From: an uncultured Clostridium sp.
Lineage (GTDB): Bacteria; Bacillota; Clostridia; TANB77; CAG-508
Reading direction: 5' to 3'
NCBI GenBank assembly: GCA_947165355.1
Contig: CAMUZZ010000002.1
Location: 519 to 64,518 of the forward strand
Length of the DNA: 64,000 nucleotides
In this document: in pieces, positions 24,909 to 36,051 of the stretch
How the letters are laid out: the number at the start of each line of letters is the position of its first letter
Position numbering within the stretch: the first letter of the stretch is position 1
The notes under the pieces: model-generated
Seen by the model: only the letters and a program-made list of their open reading frames with translations
Told to the model about the DNA's origin: nothing
The model's database searches: none
Program-made: the position numbers and the translations under genes

Positions 24909-27900
24909 AATTCTTTTATTGCTTGAAGTTTTTGTTTATCGTTTAATGCGTTTGTTTTTAACGTTATGTATGGATCTTTTCCTTGTGAAAACATTATTTG
25001 ATTTTTGTACTTTTCAACCAAAGATGCAATATCCATATCAAACTTTTTAGCATTGAAATAAAATACAAAATTTTGTCCTCTTTGAGATATCTTTGTTGCA
25101 TTTTTCTCTTTAGCTAAAATTTTAATTCTTGCTATATCAATTAAATTCTCAAGCTCTTCAGGCATTACTCCGTATCTGTCTATTATCTCATCAATTACAT
25201 CTTGAATATCCGCTTCATTTTTACACAATGCAATATCTTGGTAGATTTCAATTTTTTGACCTGAATCTGATATGTATTCATCTGGTATATAACTTGATAC
25301 ATCTATGTCTATTTGTACATCTGTATCTTCTTCCACCTCGTATCCTTGCATTTCTTTTACAACTTGGTCTAGTAATGTACAATACATATCATATCCTACT
25401 TGCTCTATATGACCATGCTGAATTTCTCCAAGCAGGCTTCCTGCTCCCCTTATTTCTAGGTCACGCATTGCAATTTTAAATCCAGACCCAAACTCTGTAA
25501 ATTCACGTATTGATTTAAGCCTTTTATTTGCTACTTCAGATAGTATTTTATCCCTTTTGTACATAATATATGCATAGGCCTGTCTATTACTTCTTCCAAC
25601 TCTTCCACGAATTTGATATAGTTGTGCTAAACCTAATCTTTCTGCATTTTCTACAATAATGGTGTTAGCATTTGGTATATCAATTCCCGATTCCAAAATT
25701 GTTGTACATACAAGCACGTTTATTTTTTTATTTACGAAATCTTCCATTATAGATTCAATTTCGTTTCCTGTCATTTGACCATGCGCATGTGCAACTTTGG
25801 CTTCATCAACTAAGTTAGATATCTCTGCGGCTTTCTTTGCTATATTTTCAACATTATTATATAGATAATATACCTGCCCTCCACGTTCTAACTCCTTAGT
25901 AATTGCTTCTTTTATAACTTCTGTATCATACTCCATTACATAGGTTTGCACAGGCTTACGATTTTGAGGTGGCTCGTATATAACAGACATATCACGCACC
26001 CCAACAATTGACATATGAAGTGTTCTAGGAATTGGAGTTGCTGTCATTGTTAATACATCAACTGTATTTTTTATTTGTTTAATTTTTTCTTTATCCTTTA
26101 CACCAAATCTGTGCTCTTCATCTATTATTAATAGTCCTAAATCCTTAAATTCAACATCATCGCTTAATACACGGTGCGTTCCAATTACAACATCAAGCTC
26201 ACCTAATTTTAGTTTTCTAACAATATCTTCTTGTTGTTTTTTTGTTTTAAATCTGTTTAATACCTCTACTCTTATAGGATATTCCTTCATACGATCACGG
26301 AAATTTTGATATTGCTGCTCTGCTAAAACTGTAGTTGGAACCAAATAAACAACTTGTTTTTGATCCATTACAGCTTTAAAAGTTGCTCTTATTGCAACTT
26401 CAGTTTTTCCATAACCAACATCACCACAAAGAAGTCTATCCATTGGTTTTTGAGATTCCATATCCTTCTTTACTTCTTGAATACAACGTAATTGATCCTC
26501 AGTTTCTGCATATTGAAAGCTATTTTCAAATTCTTGTTGCCATTCATTATCTTCAGAAAAAGCATGGCCTTTTGCATTTTGCCTTTTAGCATATAACTCA
26601 ATCAGCTCTTTAGCTACAGCTCTTAAATTATTTTTTACTCTTGTTTTTGTATTAGACCAATCTTTTCCACCTAGCTTATATATTTTTGGAGCAGCTTCCC
26701 CTCCAACATACTTTCTAACACTATCTAAAGAGCTTGTCGGAACATATAAAATATCATCATTTTTATATCTAATTTTAATGTAATCTTTTGTTGTATCTAC
26801 TGTTGTAACTGTGTCTACTCCTATGTATTGTCCTATTCCATGAACTTTATGAACAACATAATCACCTATTTTTAAATCTGCATAAACAACTTTTTCACTT
26901 TGTTTAAACACATTGTTTACTTTTTTACGCTTGCTTTTTGTTTCGAAAAATTCATCACTGCTTATTACTAAAAGCTTTGTATCTGAACACTCAAAACCAG
27001 CTGATAAAGCTCCAACAGATACTACAACTTCGCCATATTGAACATCTTTTAATTCTTTTGCATATCTATGGTTTATATCGTTATCTGTTAAAAGAATAGA
27101 TATTTTTCTAGCATTTTCTTCATTTCCGCCAAGTATTATTGTTTTTTTCTTTAAATCAATTGCTTCTCTTAAAGAATTAAGTAATATATCTGTTTCAGCT
27201 TTATAATAGTTTACATCTCTATACTTGAAATAATATATGTTGTTTCCAAAAGCCACATCATTTTTTTCTAGATTTATATAATTTATGTTTTCAAAGTTGT
27301 AATCAAAATTACACATATGCTCTATTGCATCTGGAACAATTCTGTTTTTATCAATAAGTGTTTTAACTAAATTGTTATTATCTATTTTTATATTTTCAGC
27401 TCTTTGCTTAATTTTAGTATCTTCATCTAGTATAATTAAATAATCATCTTTAATATAATCTAAAAAACTATTTGGGTTTTGATAAAATAAATCAAAATAT
27501 TTATCAACTTTGCTTAAGTAATTACCTGATAGAATTAATTCTTTATCTTCCTCGGTGCATTTTCCGTACAAATCAATTCTTTGTTTTATATCATCCAAAT
27601 CTTTCTCGAAAATAAACTCATGAGCTGGATATATTTCTATTTCTTCGCTCATCTCAGTTGATCTTTGTGATAGTATTTCAAATTTTCTTATTGAGTCTAT
27701 TTCGTCTCCCCAAAACTCAATTCTTATTCCATATTTATCATCTAATGAAATATCTACAATACCTCCACGTATTGCAAACATTCCTCTACCTTCAACCATT
27801 TCAGAACGCTCATAGCCAAGATTTATTAAGTAGTTTTTTAAATCGTCTATTTTACACTCGCTACCAACTTTTAGTTTAATAATGTTCTTGTACAATGTTT

Positions 27901-28291
27901 TCTTTGCAATCATTTTTTGCATTACAGCTTCAATTGTAGTAACAACAATATTTGCATCATTTTTTTGTATCTTATTTAGTACATCAATTCTCTCGTATGG
28001 CAGGTCTTTACTTGCAACAGCATAATCGTATGTTGCAATTTCTCTTTTAGGAAAAACATGTATATTATCAGAAAAGTATTTTAAATCTCTTGCTATACGT
28101 CTTGATTGCAATTCATTATACGTTATAATGCATATTTTTTTGTTAGTATTATTTTGAATAGCAGATATAAATTGAACTTCACCAACGTCAGATAAGCCCG
28201 ATATAACTACCGGGCCATCTTGTTTTTTTATATTTTGAACTATCTCTTTAAACTTTTCATTTGCAAGCAAATCTTTGTAAAGTTCGTTCAT
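24878..28291 (-). CDS. mfd: Transcription-repair coupling factor Mfd
   Basis: 1137 aa with a CarD-like RID (YVVHKVHGIGQY), the helicase motifs GDVGYGKTEVA and DEEHRFG, and a TRCF C-terminal domain. Confidence 0.95.
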   Translation of the reverse strand: MNELYKDLLANEKFKEIVQNIKKQDGPVVISGLSDVGEVQFISAIQNNTNKKICIITYNELQSRRIARDLKYFSDNIHVFPKREIATYDYAVASKDLPYERIDVLNKIQKNDANIVVTTIEAVMQKMIAKKTLYKNIIKLKVGSECKIDDLKNYLINLGYERSEMVEGRGMFAIRGGIVDISLDDKYGIRIEFWGDEIDSIRKFEILSQRSTEMSEEIEIYPAHEFIFEKDLDDIKQRIDLYGKCTEEDKELILSGNYLSKVDKYFDLFYQNPNSFLDYIKDDYLIILDEDTKIKQRAENIKIDNNNLVKTLIDKNRIVPDAIEHMCNFDYNFENINYINLEKNDVAFGNNIYYFKYRDVNYYKAETDILLNSLREAIDLKKKTIILGGNEENARKISILLTDNDINHRYAKELKDVQYGEVVVSVGALSAGFECSDTKLLVISSDEFFETKSKRKKVNNVFKQSEKVVYADLKIGDYVVHKVHGIGQYIGVDTVTTVDTTKDYIKIRYKNDDILYVPTSSLDSVRKYVGGEAAPKIYKLGGKDWSNTKTRVKNNLRAVAKELIELYAKRQNAKGHAFSEDNEWQQEFENSFQYAETEDQLRCIQEVKKDMESQKPMDRLLCGDVGYGKTEVAIRATFKAVMDQKQVVYLVPTTVLAEQQYQNFRDRMKEYPIRVEVLNRFKTKKQQEDIVRKLKLGELDVVIGTHRVLSDDVEFKDLGLLIIDEEHRFGVKDKEKIKQIKNTVDVLTMTATPIPRTLHMSIVGVRDMSVIYEPPQNRKPVQTYVMEYDTEVIKEAITKELERGGQVYYLYNNVENIAKKAAEISNLVDEAKVAHAHGQMTGNEIESIMEDFVNKKINVLVCTTILESGIDIPNANTIIVENAERLGLAQLYQIRGRVGRSNRQAYAYIMYKRDKILSEVANKRLKSIREFTEFGSGFKIAMRDLEIRGAGSLLGEIQHGHIEQVGYDMYCTLLDQVVKEMQGYEVEEDTDVQIDIDVSSYIPDEYISDSGQKIEIYQDIALCKNEADIQDVIDEIIDRYGVMPEELENLIDIARIKILAKEKNATKISQRGQNFVFYFNAKKFDMDIASLVEKYKNQIMFSQGKDPYITLKTNALNDKQKLQAIKEFLNFGDEAKN

Positions 28292-28350
28292 TATTTATCA
28301 AAACTCCTTTATTGGATTAATTTGACTTTACTATTCATACATCCTGCAAT

Positions 28351-28602
28351 TTAATTTTCTTTTTTAAATTCTTCTAGAGCTTTAGCAATTTGATCAGGGC
28401 ATGATGTAGGCTTAAATCCACACTTTATCCCCTTTAATTTTTCTATTACTTCATCTATTGTCATACCTTTTACAAGCTCAGATATTCCTTTTAAATTTCC
28501 ATCACAACCATTTATTACTTTTAGGCTTTTTACAACATTGTTTTCTATTTCAAAAATCATTTTTGTTGAACAAACACCTTGTGGGCTATAAATATACTCC
28601 AT
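28351..28602 (-). CDS. TSCPD-domain protein (TIGR03905-like)
   Basis: A literal TSCPD motif (KPTSCPDQIAKAL). Start at MEYIYSPQG. Confidence 0.7.
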   Translation of the reverse strand: MEYIYSPQGVCSTKMIFEIENNVVKSLKVINGCDGNLKGISELVKGMTIDEVIEKLKGIKCGFKPTSCPDQIAKALEEFKKEN

Positions 28603-28696
28603 AATTATTATTCCTTTCATGTATATTATTTACATAAAACTTATACTATATGATATCAAAATTTTGCATAATTGTCAATTATAGTGGCTTTTTAAC

Positions 28697-29479
28697 CTAC
28701 TCTGCTTTAGGAGTAAAATACCATCTAATAGAAGTTACAATTCCTTCATTGTTTATATCAAATACTAAACTTCCCATTTCATCTGAACTAGTTGCATAAT
28801 TTGAAACATATGGAGGTTCAGCATGACGATATTCTATCATATATGATGCATCAGGATTTGATGAATCGTAGTTGTAGTAATTGATGAACGCATAATCCAC
28901 ATTTCCAGATTCTTTAACACCATCTTTTACATCTTCTAAACCATGTCCGTATAGGTATTTTCCAAAAGCTTCTACACCTTCATATGCAGAGCTAATTTCT
29001 CTCATTTTATCTTCATCTGTTCCTTCGTTTTGGAAAGAAGATATTACTTGGTCTTTTGTATCACCAACACGTAATCCTTTAGTAAATACATAATCTCTAC
29101 TACCTGTATATGCACTGCTTAGTATCATTTTTCCATCATGTTTGTAAAAAGATAATTGTAAATCCTCAAAAAGATAATCTACAGATTCACCATATATGCT
29201 TTCTTCTGCTTTATTTTCAACTCTTCTTGGTGGCTCTCCAATTACTGCTTTTACCTCATCTTCAGTCATACCGTATTTTAAACTTCCTATAATCATATCA
29301 TCATACGAAAACTTTGCACTTGTATCGTATTCTTGATCTGGATCAACAACAAAATTTTTTATTGGGTTATTCTCTTTTACTTGTTCAGTTGAACTATTCT
29401 CTTTTTTTCCACATCCTGTTATAGCAACTACAACAATTGCAAGTAGTATGCATAAAACAATATCTTTTGTTCTTTTCAT
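28697..29479 (-). CDS. Putative lipoprotein
   Basis: Signal peptide with lipobox AITGC. Confidence 0.6.
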   Translation of the reverse strand: MKRTKDIVLCILLAIVVVAITGCGKKENSSTEQVKENNPIKNFVVDPDQEYDTSAKFSYDDMIIGSLKYGMTEDEVKAVIGEPPRRVENKAEESIYGESVDYLFEDLQLSFYKHDGKMILSSAYTGSRDYVFTKGLRVGDTKDQVISSFQNEGTDEDKMREISSAYEGVEAFGKYLYGHGLEDVKDGVKESGNVDYAFINYYNYDSSNPDASYMIEYRHAEPPYVSNYATSSDEMGSLVFDINNEGIVTSIRWYFTPKAE

Positions 29480-29620
29480 AATTTTTCCTCCTAGTATTTT
29501 AATTACTTATTATTTTATACTAAACAATTTTATATATCAATATTTTTCTAATATAAGAATTCAAAAAAAAATGCTAATAATTTTTAGCATTCTTTTTTAT
29601 TTGCTCTTATAAAGCAATAT

Positions 29621-30364
29621 TTATTTTACGTATTTGTCAATATTTTCATTAGTTAATGATGTCTTTACTTCAACGCAATCTTTTATTTGAGCTTCATATT
29701 TTTCCTTTGAAACCTTTTCGTCGTTAACGTAATAATATAAAGTGTCATTGCTATAGTCTAAATCTGCTTTTGCATATTTAACAAATTCAGTTCCTTCAAT
29801 ACGATACACTGAAGTAATTCCTGTTGGTTCATTAGTTACAGTTACAATATGTTTATTTAAATCTGCTTTAATAAAACTATATTCTCCAGATATTGTTTTG
29901 CTTGAAGCAACAACTTTTCCATCTTTATATGTTACAACTCTAGCATATTGGCTACCTGATGCACATTCAGAACATACTAAATATGCTGGATTTCCATTTA
30001 TACTAGCCATTTTAGCAAAATATGTATCTGTGTGTTTTTGGTTTTCAATTGCCCTGTCTTCACTTTGTTTAAAATACTCTGGTAACACATTTTCCTTTAA
30101 CCAACTTTCGTCTTTTAAAGCTTTTCTTATAGCTTCATTTGCAGTATTTACGCTTGTATTATTGTTATTATTATTCTCTGTAGTTTTGTTTTCTTTTAAC
30201 TCGTTATTTACAGTATTTTCAACTTGGCTAGCAACATTATTTAAAGTTTTTTCAAGTTCTTTTTCATAGTTTTTAATTTTATTTTCCTTTTTTCCACATC
30301 CTGTTAATAACACTACTGTGCTAAGAACTACTCCACCTACTAATAAAACATTTCTAATTTTCAT
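29621..30364 (-). CDS. Putative lipoprotein (paralogous N-terminus with 33515-34399)
   Basis: Lipobox LLTGC, then GKKENKIKNYEKELEKTLNNVASQVEN. Confidence 0.6.
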   Translation of the reverse strand: MKIRNVLLVGGVVLSTVVLLTGCGKKENKIKNYEKELEKTLNNVASQVENTVNNELKENKTTENNNNNNTSVNTANEAIRKALKDESWLKENVLPEYFKQSEDRAIENQKHTDTYFAKMASINGNPAYLVCSECASGSQYARVVTYKDGKVVASSKTISGEYSFIKADLNKHIVTVTNEPTGITSVYRIEGTEFVKYAKADLDYSNDTLYYYVNDEKVSKEKYEAQIKDCVEVKTSLTNENIDKYVK

Positions 30365-30382
30365 AATTATTTCTTCCTTTCT

Positions 30383-31306
30383 TTACTCCATTACATATAT
30401 TTGCGCTGTATCTATGTTAACAATTATTTTAGTTGACTCTCCACCAGCGATATTATATCTTTTTGCTATTACACATAACTGTCCATTTTTATTTAAGTAC
30501 ATATCGTTGTCTACTGAACAATTCTCTAATGATGTTGTTTTCTTGTATTGATTATTATAAAACTCGATTGGACTTGAACCTCTGTATGATAATTGCTCTT
30601 CGCTTGGTGTATACATTTCTTTAAGTTCTTCTGTTAAAATATTTGATAATTTACTTGGGAACTCTGATTCTGTTATTCCTTTTTTATTTAATAGCTCTGC
30701 ATTTGTTACTTCTTTACCAGTTTTAGCATCAATGTTGTATGCTGTTCTTTGTACAGAATCTCCATCCCAAAAGCTTGCCATTACAATAGAAACTACATCA
30801 CCATTAATATGGTATGCATATTCAATTTTCCAACATCCACCTGGATTTCCGTACTTATTGAATGCTTCTTTCATTTCGTTATATTCTTTTAAATATTCGT
30901 CTTGTATTTCTTGATTTAATTTATTTGCATCTTCAGAATCGATGTTAATTTGTGGAATTCTGTAACTGTATGAGTACTTTATTTCTCGTCCACTGTACTC
31001 TGAAACTTTAGTCCATTCCTTTGCATCGTTAACTAAATCGTAAACAATTTCTTTAGTACTATCTTTTTTTATGTTGGTAGTTATTTGATTTTCAGTTTGA
31101 TTTGAAACCTCATTATTTATATCGTTTCCAACATAACTTACTATACCATTTAGTATTTCTTTTGTTTCATCTTCTTTGTCATATACTTTAACATTTACAT
31201 CTGCTTTTCCACATCCGGCTAATGTTACTACAGTTGCTAATGCAACTCCGCATATTACTAAAATTCTTTTGTTCTTTCTTTCCTTCTTAAAATTCATTTT
31301 ATTCAC
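30383..31306 (-). CDS. Putative lipoprotein
   Basis: Lipobox TLAGC. Confidence 0.6.
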   Translation of the reverse strand: MNKMNFKKERKNKRILVICGVALATVVTLAGCGKADVNVKVYDKEDETKEILNGIVSYVGNDINNEVSNQTENQITTNIKKDSTKEIVYDLVNDAKEWTKVSEYSGREIKYSYSYRIPQINIDSEDANKLNQEIQDEYLKEYNEMKEAFNKYGNPGGCWKIEYAYHINGDVVSIVMASFWDGDSVQRTAYNIDAKTGKEVTNAELLNKKGITESEFPSKLSNILTEELKEMYTPSEEQLSYRGSSPIEFYNNQYKKTTSLENCSVDNDMYLNKNGQLCVIAKRYNIAGGESTKIIVNIDTAQIYVME

Positions 31307-31447
31307 TCCTTTTATTTTTATTTGAGAACGCTGCTTTTTTCTAACATTGTTCTGCTATCTCCTCAAACGTTAATTTTATTATAAATTCCATTTGTTTCAA
31401 AAAAATATAAAAGTTGTAAAAAAGTTGTAAATTAATCTTTTGTACAT

Positions 31448-32806
31448 TTATGCTGGAAATTCTAATATAAAAATACTTCCTTTTCCAAGTTCCGATTCAA
31501 TTTTAAGTTCTCCGTTATGCATATCCATAATGCTTTTACAAATTGAAAGACCTAGTCCAGCTCCTCCATTCTTTCTTGAACGAACTTTATCCACTCTGTA
31601 AAATGGCTCCGTTATTTTTTGAATGTTCTCTTTACTTATTCCTGGTCCTTGATCTGCTACTTGTATATATTTTTTATTGTTCATTTCAAATGCGTTAATA
31701 ACAATTTTACTTCCTCTGTCTGATACATTAATAGCATTTTTAATTAAATTAGATGTACTCATTATAATTAATGTTTCATCACCATATATAGTATTTAATT
31801 GATTGTTTATAATTAATTCTACACCAGCATTTTTTAATCTTTCTTCTAGCGTACTATGTATTTCCGAAAATGCTTTGTTCATATCTACGTTTGTTTTTTC
31901 AAAATCTGAATTTTTTTTATATGATAAAAGAAGTAACTTCTTATACATATCTTGTATTCTTTTAGATTCATCTTCTATGTATTTTAAATACTTACTTTTT
32001 TGTTCGTCTGTTAAATTTGCTTTTTCCATTAGTTCAGCATAACCCTGAATAGATGTTAGTGGCGTATTCATTTCGTGAGATAAATTGTCTATAAATAACT
32101 GTTTATTATTTGCCGCTTCTACTAGTTCATTATTTCTTCTTTCAAGTTCCTTTGACATGCTATTAAAATTTGCAGCAAGTTTTCCAAATTCACTATGACC
32201 TTCCTTTAGGTGAATATCATAATTTCCTTTAGAAAGTTTTGTCATTTCATTTTTCATTTTTTGTAATGGTTTAGTTATTGTTTTAGAAATAATATACGCA
32301 ATTAAAGCTATTGCAACTACCAAAATTATGCCAATGTATATACAGTTATTTATTAAATTCTTTCTTGTATCAAATACATCATCTATATTTTTAACCACTA
32401 TTAAATATCTTCCATCATCAACTTTTGATGCTGATGTTATATAATTTAGTTCATTAAAATTATTTGTTTCAGTTGAATATATATTTTCATTTACAGAGCT
32501 TATGAGTTTATTGTAGTCCATAGGATATAAGTTGTTATTATACAACACTTCATTATTCTTACTATATATAATGTAAATACCTTTTTTTTCGTATGCAGGT
32601 GCTATTAGCTCTATAATATCTTTATCGTAATTTATACCTGTATTCTTTAAATTACGCTCTATATCTTTAGCACTTTGAACTACAGCCTGTCTTTCATTCT
32701 CTATATTTGTTTCATGATTTGCATCTATTACTTTCATAGAAATTATAAGAATTGCAATTATTGAAGGAATGCATATGCCAAGGAATATTTTAAATGATAG
32801 TTTCAT
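31448..32806 (-). CDS. Sensor histidine kinase (TM-HAMP-HisKA-HATPase)
   Basis: H-box LSHEMNTPLTSI and G-box GGAGLGLSICKSIM. Confidence 0.9.
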   Translation of the reverse strand: MKLSFKIFLGICIPSIIAILIISMKVIDANHETNIENERQAVVQSAKDIERNLKNTGINYDKDIIELIAPAYEKKGIYIIYSKNNEVLYNNNLYPMDYNKLISSVNENIYSTETNNFNELNYITSASKVDDGRYLIVVKNIDDVFDTRKNLINNCIYIGIILVVAIALIAYIISKTITKPLQKMKNEMTKLSKGNYDIHLKEGHSEFGKLAANFNSMSKELERRNNELVEAANNKQLFIDNLSHEMNTPLTSIQGYAELMEKANLTDEQKSKYLKYIEDESKRIQDMYKKLLLLSYKKNSDFEKTNVDMNKAFSEIHSTLEERLKNAGVELIINNQLNTIYGDETLIIMSTSNLIKNAINVSDRGSKIVINAFEMNNKKYIQVADQGPGISKENIQKITEPFYRVDKVRSRKNGGAGLGLSICKSIMDMHNGELKIESELGKGSIFILEFPA

Positions 32807-32818
32807 CTTTTTCTCCTT

Positions 32819-33475
32819 TTATTTTATTTCTAATCTATATCCATATTTGAACACAGTAACTATTACATCATCCCAATCTAGTTTTTTTCTTAGCCTTTGA
32901 ATATGCATATCTACTGTTCTTGTGTCACCAAAATAATCGTATCCCCATGCAGACTCTAAAAGTTTTTCGCGTGAAAGAGCTAAATTTTTATTCTTTACTA
33001 GTACTTCTAATAAACTAAGCTCCTGAGCTGTCATTTCAACATGATTATTATTTACAAAAACTTCTCTTGTAGAAAAATCTATTTTAACATTTTTGTATTC
33101 AAATACTTCAGTATCTTTCCCTTTTCTTCTTAAAGCTACTTCAATTCTTGCAAGCAACTCCATAGATTCAAATGGCTTAACAATGTAATCTTCAGCACCT
33201 AGCTTTAAACCTTTAACTTTGTCTGCTACGCTATCTTTTGCTGTTAAGAATATAACTGGAACATCTGCTTTTATAAAGTCTTCTGCTATTTCATATCCAT
33301 TTTTCTTTGGAAGCATAATGTCTAGCAAAGCTAAATCTGGATTAAACTCTTTTATTTTTAAAACAGCTGCTTCCCCATCTTCTGCCTCATCACATTCATA
33401 ACCTGCAAGTTCAAGGTTCATTCTAATTAGTTCTCTTATTCTTTCTTCGTCATCAACAATCAATATTTTTCTCAT
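32819..33475 (-). CDS. OmpR-family response regulator
   Basis: MRKILIVDDEERIRE, LALLDIMLP, and a winged-helix C-terminus (RTVDMHIQRLRKKL). Confidence 0.9.
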   Translation of the reverse strand: MRKILIVDDEERIRELIRMNLELAGYECDEAEDGEAAVLKIKEFNPDLALLDIMLPKKNGYEIAEDFIKADVPVIFLTAKDSVADKVKGLKLGAEDYIVKPFESMELLARIEVALRRKGKDTEVFEYKNVKIDFSTREVFVNNNHVEMTAQELSLLEVLVKNKNLALSREKLLESAWGYDYFGDTRTVDMHIQRLRKKLDWDDVIVTVFKYGYRLEIK

Positions 33476-33514
33476 ATGCATCTCCTCTGTAGTTTATAAA
33501 AAAACTTTAATCAA

Positions 33515-34399
33515 TTATAGTTGGTATTTTTCAGCTAAATATGAATTAATAACTCCTTTTGAAATTTCAACAGTTTTTACACCGTCTGCTCCACTTCCAA
33601 ACGAATACTTAGGTAAAACAACAACAAATTGATCATCTAAAATTCCATAATTTCCGTTTTGATTTAATATTTCGTCAATTGATTTGTCTACATCATTTTG
33701 AATATATGAGAAATTGTTATTTACGTAATTTTTTATTATCTCACGCAAAGCATTTTTTAGCTCTGTTTCATTTTTAGCCATAGTTCCAATAGTTAAAAGT
33801 TCTCCACTTTGAGCATCGTATGTATAAAACTCTCTTGCTGTCCAGCTAACACCGCCCATGCTTCCGCTTTGATTAGCTTCTATGGTAACCACTTTACTGT
33901 TATTTGCAGCAGTTTTCATTACATAGCTTACCCCGTAAGGTGTATCATATGCTTTCATACCACCTTCGGTGTATTCATTAGCTGACTTTGTTAATTCATT
34001 CCAGTTTTTGTCTGATATTTCTCTTAGAGAATTTTCTATTTTAGTTGCAGCAGCTGAATTAGCTAAATTCTTTACTGTAGGTATGTTTCTTTTATTATAA
34101 AAAACTGTTTTGCCTTCTTTATCTTGTGTTGTATATTCTTCACTTCTGAATGAAATTTCAAACCCATTTTGATTTGTAGTACTTGATGAAGATGTTGCAT
34201 TATTAGTTGTATTTGTTGTATCAATTTGATTTTCTAAACTATTAACTTCATTTTCAATTTGCGCAGCAACATTATTTAATGTTTTTTCAAGTTCTTTTTC
34301 ATAATTTTTAATTTTATTTTCCTTTTTTCCACATCCTGTTAATAGTACTGCTGTGCTAAGCGCTACAACTCCTATTAATAAACCTCTTTTTACATTCAT
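33515..34399 (-). CDS. Putative lipoprotein
   Basis: Lipobox LLTGC. The N-terminal 30 aa are nearly identical to 29621-30364. Confidence 0.6.
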   Translation of the reverse strand: MNVKRGLLIGVVALSTAVLLTGCGKKENKIKNYEKELEKTLNNVAAQIENEVNSLENQIDTTNTTNNATSSSSTTNQNGFEISFRSEEYTTQDKEGKTVFYNKRNIPTVKNLANSAAATKIENSLREISDKNWNELTKSANEYTEGGMKAYDTPYGVSYVMKTAANNSKVVTIEANQSGSMGGVSWTAREFYTYDAQSGELLTIGTMAKNETELKNALREIIKNYVNNNFSYIQNDVDKSIDEILNQNGNYGILDDQFVVVLPKYSFGSGADGVKTVEISKGVINSYLAEKYQL

Positions 34400-34520
34400 T
34401 TGTATATCTCCTCCTTATACTATACAATAAGAAACCATGTCTTATTTTTTCCGATTATATCATACAAGCATTTCTATTGTAATAAAATTAAATAAATTTA
34501 TTTAAATTTGAGAGGTTATT

Positions 34521-35678
34521 ATGAGAATTTTTATTGTACTTAAGAAAAATGTTATTTCTATGTTGCTTTGTGCATTTTTGCTTTGTTTAGTTATTTTTTC
34601 TAAAACAAATATAAGAGCTGCAAAAGATGGATTAGTTTTATGGGCTACTTGTGTTGTTCCTTCATTATTTCCTTTTTTCATTGCAACAGAAATGCTAAAC
34701 TATACAAATGTTGCATTATATATTGGAAAAAAGCTTAACAAATTTATGAGACCGCTTTTTAACATCCCTGGCGAAGGCGCATATGCGTTTATAATGGGAA
34801 TTATATGTGGATGCCCTGTTGGATCACATATTGTTTGTAGCTTATATAATAACGGAATCTGCTCAAAGAATGAAGCCGAGAGAATGCTTGCTTTTACTAA
34901 TAACTCTGGCCCCTTATTTATTATTGGAACTGTAGGAATTCTTTTATTTGGAAACAAAACCATTGGAATTTTGCTCTTTTTAACTCATTTCTTTTCTGCT
35001 GTATCAGTTGGCTTAATACTTGGTGCTATATCCAACTGTTTTAAACAGTTTAAAACAGCTGTAAACAATTATAAAAGAGTTAAAAACACTAAAAAAACTC
35101 TCCAATTTACAAACTTAGGAGAAGTCTTAACAACAAGTATTTCTTTATCAATTACTAATGTACTTCAAATTGGAGGATTTATTGTTCTTTTTTCAATTAT
35201 GATTTCAATTTTAAAGCAAGTAAATTTCTTTACAGCATTTGGCTTGCCATTCTCATATCTGCATATTTCAAATAATTTTTCTACAGCTTTACTTGAAGGT
35301 ATTATAGAGCTCACAAACGGAGTTACTGCAGTATGTCAATTGCATTCAAAAGTTATTTCATCTAATGTTGTTTTGTGTGGATTTTTACTTGGATTTGGTG
35401 GAGTTTGCGTAGCTCTTCAAGTACTAAGCGTAATATCTAAATGTGGTTTATCTATAAAATCATATTTAAGAGGAAAACTATTACAAGGACTTACACAAGC
35501 TTTTTACACTCTGTTACTTGTAAAGAATTTATCTATTTTTAATTTTGACATTCCTACAAATAATAATTGCTTGGTCAGTAATTCTTTAATTTGGATATTG
35601 TTATTTATGATTCTTTTGCAAACATACATTGTTTTTGCCAATGAAAAAAGAAGTGTTGCTCATAATTTTAAAAAATGA
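34521..35678 (+). CDS. ylbJ: Sporulation integral membrane protein YlbJ-like (nucleoside-recognition/Gate domains)
   Basis: VVPSLFPFFIATEML and MRPLFNIPGEGAYAFIMG...AERMLAFTNNSGPLFIIG resemble YlbJ. Confidence 0.65.
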   Translation: MRIFIVLKKNVISMLLCAFLLCLVIFSKTNIRAAKDGLVLWATCVVPSLFPFFIATEMLNYTNVALYIGKKLNKFMRPLFNIPGEGAYAFIMGIICGCPVGSHIVCSLYNNGICSKNEAERMLAFTNNSGPLFIIGTVGILLFGNKTIGILLFLTHFFSAVSVGLILGAISNCFKQFKTAVNNYKRVKNTKKTLQFTNLGEVLTTSISLSITNVLQIGGFIVLFSIMISILKQVNFFTAFGLPFSYLHISNNFSTALLEGIIELTNGVTAVCQLHSKVISSNVVLCGFLLGFGGVCVALQVLSVISKCGLSIKSYLRGKLLQGLTQAFYTLLLVKNLSIFNFDIPTNNNCLVSNSLIWILLFMILLQTYIVFANEKRSVAHNFKK

Positions 35679-35742
35679 ATATATAATTTAGTATAAATGT
35701 TTTTGGAAAGGAGAGCATGATTTTTTTCTTGCAAATAAATAC

Positions 35743-35952
35743 ATGGAGTTTAATAATTATCAGCCATACAATCCATATGATATAAGTAATATTGATAGTC
35801 AAAATTTAAATGAATCAAACTTTTTTAATCCTTCAGTTCAGTATGAACAAGCTTATATGTATTATAGATATTTGTCTATGCAAATGGAATATAAAATTAA
35901 ATGTAAAGAATACGAAAATTTATGTGGTGCCAATGGGCAAAAAAAATGCTAG
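35743..35952 (+). CDS. Hypothetical N/Y-rich small protein
   Basis: 69-aa ORF with a terminator hairpin after the stop, but no clear SD. Confidence 0.3.
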   Translation: MEFNNYQPYNPYDISNIDSQNLNESNFFNPSVQYEQAYMYYRYLSMQMEYKIKCKEYENLCGANGQKKC

Positions 35953-35974
35953 AATTTTATAATTCTAGCATTTT

Positions 35975-36051
35975 TGGTAGCGAGAAGTGGATTCGAACCA
36001 CCGACCTGCCGGGTATGAACCGGATGCTCTAGCCAACTGAGCTATCTCGCC
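35975..36051 (-). tRNA. tRNA-Met (CAU anticodon, elongator type)
   Basis: Minus strand reads GGCGAGATAGCTCAGTTGGCTAGAGCATCCGGTTCATACCCGGCAGGTCGGTGGTTCGAATCCACTTCTCGCTACCA. It folds as a cloverleaf with encoded CCA. The anticodon arm resembles Bacillus elongator tRNA-Met; Ile2 (lysidine) is not excluded. Confidence 0.9.
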
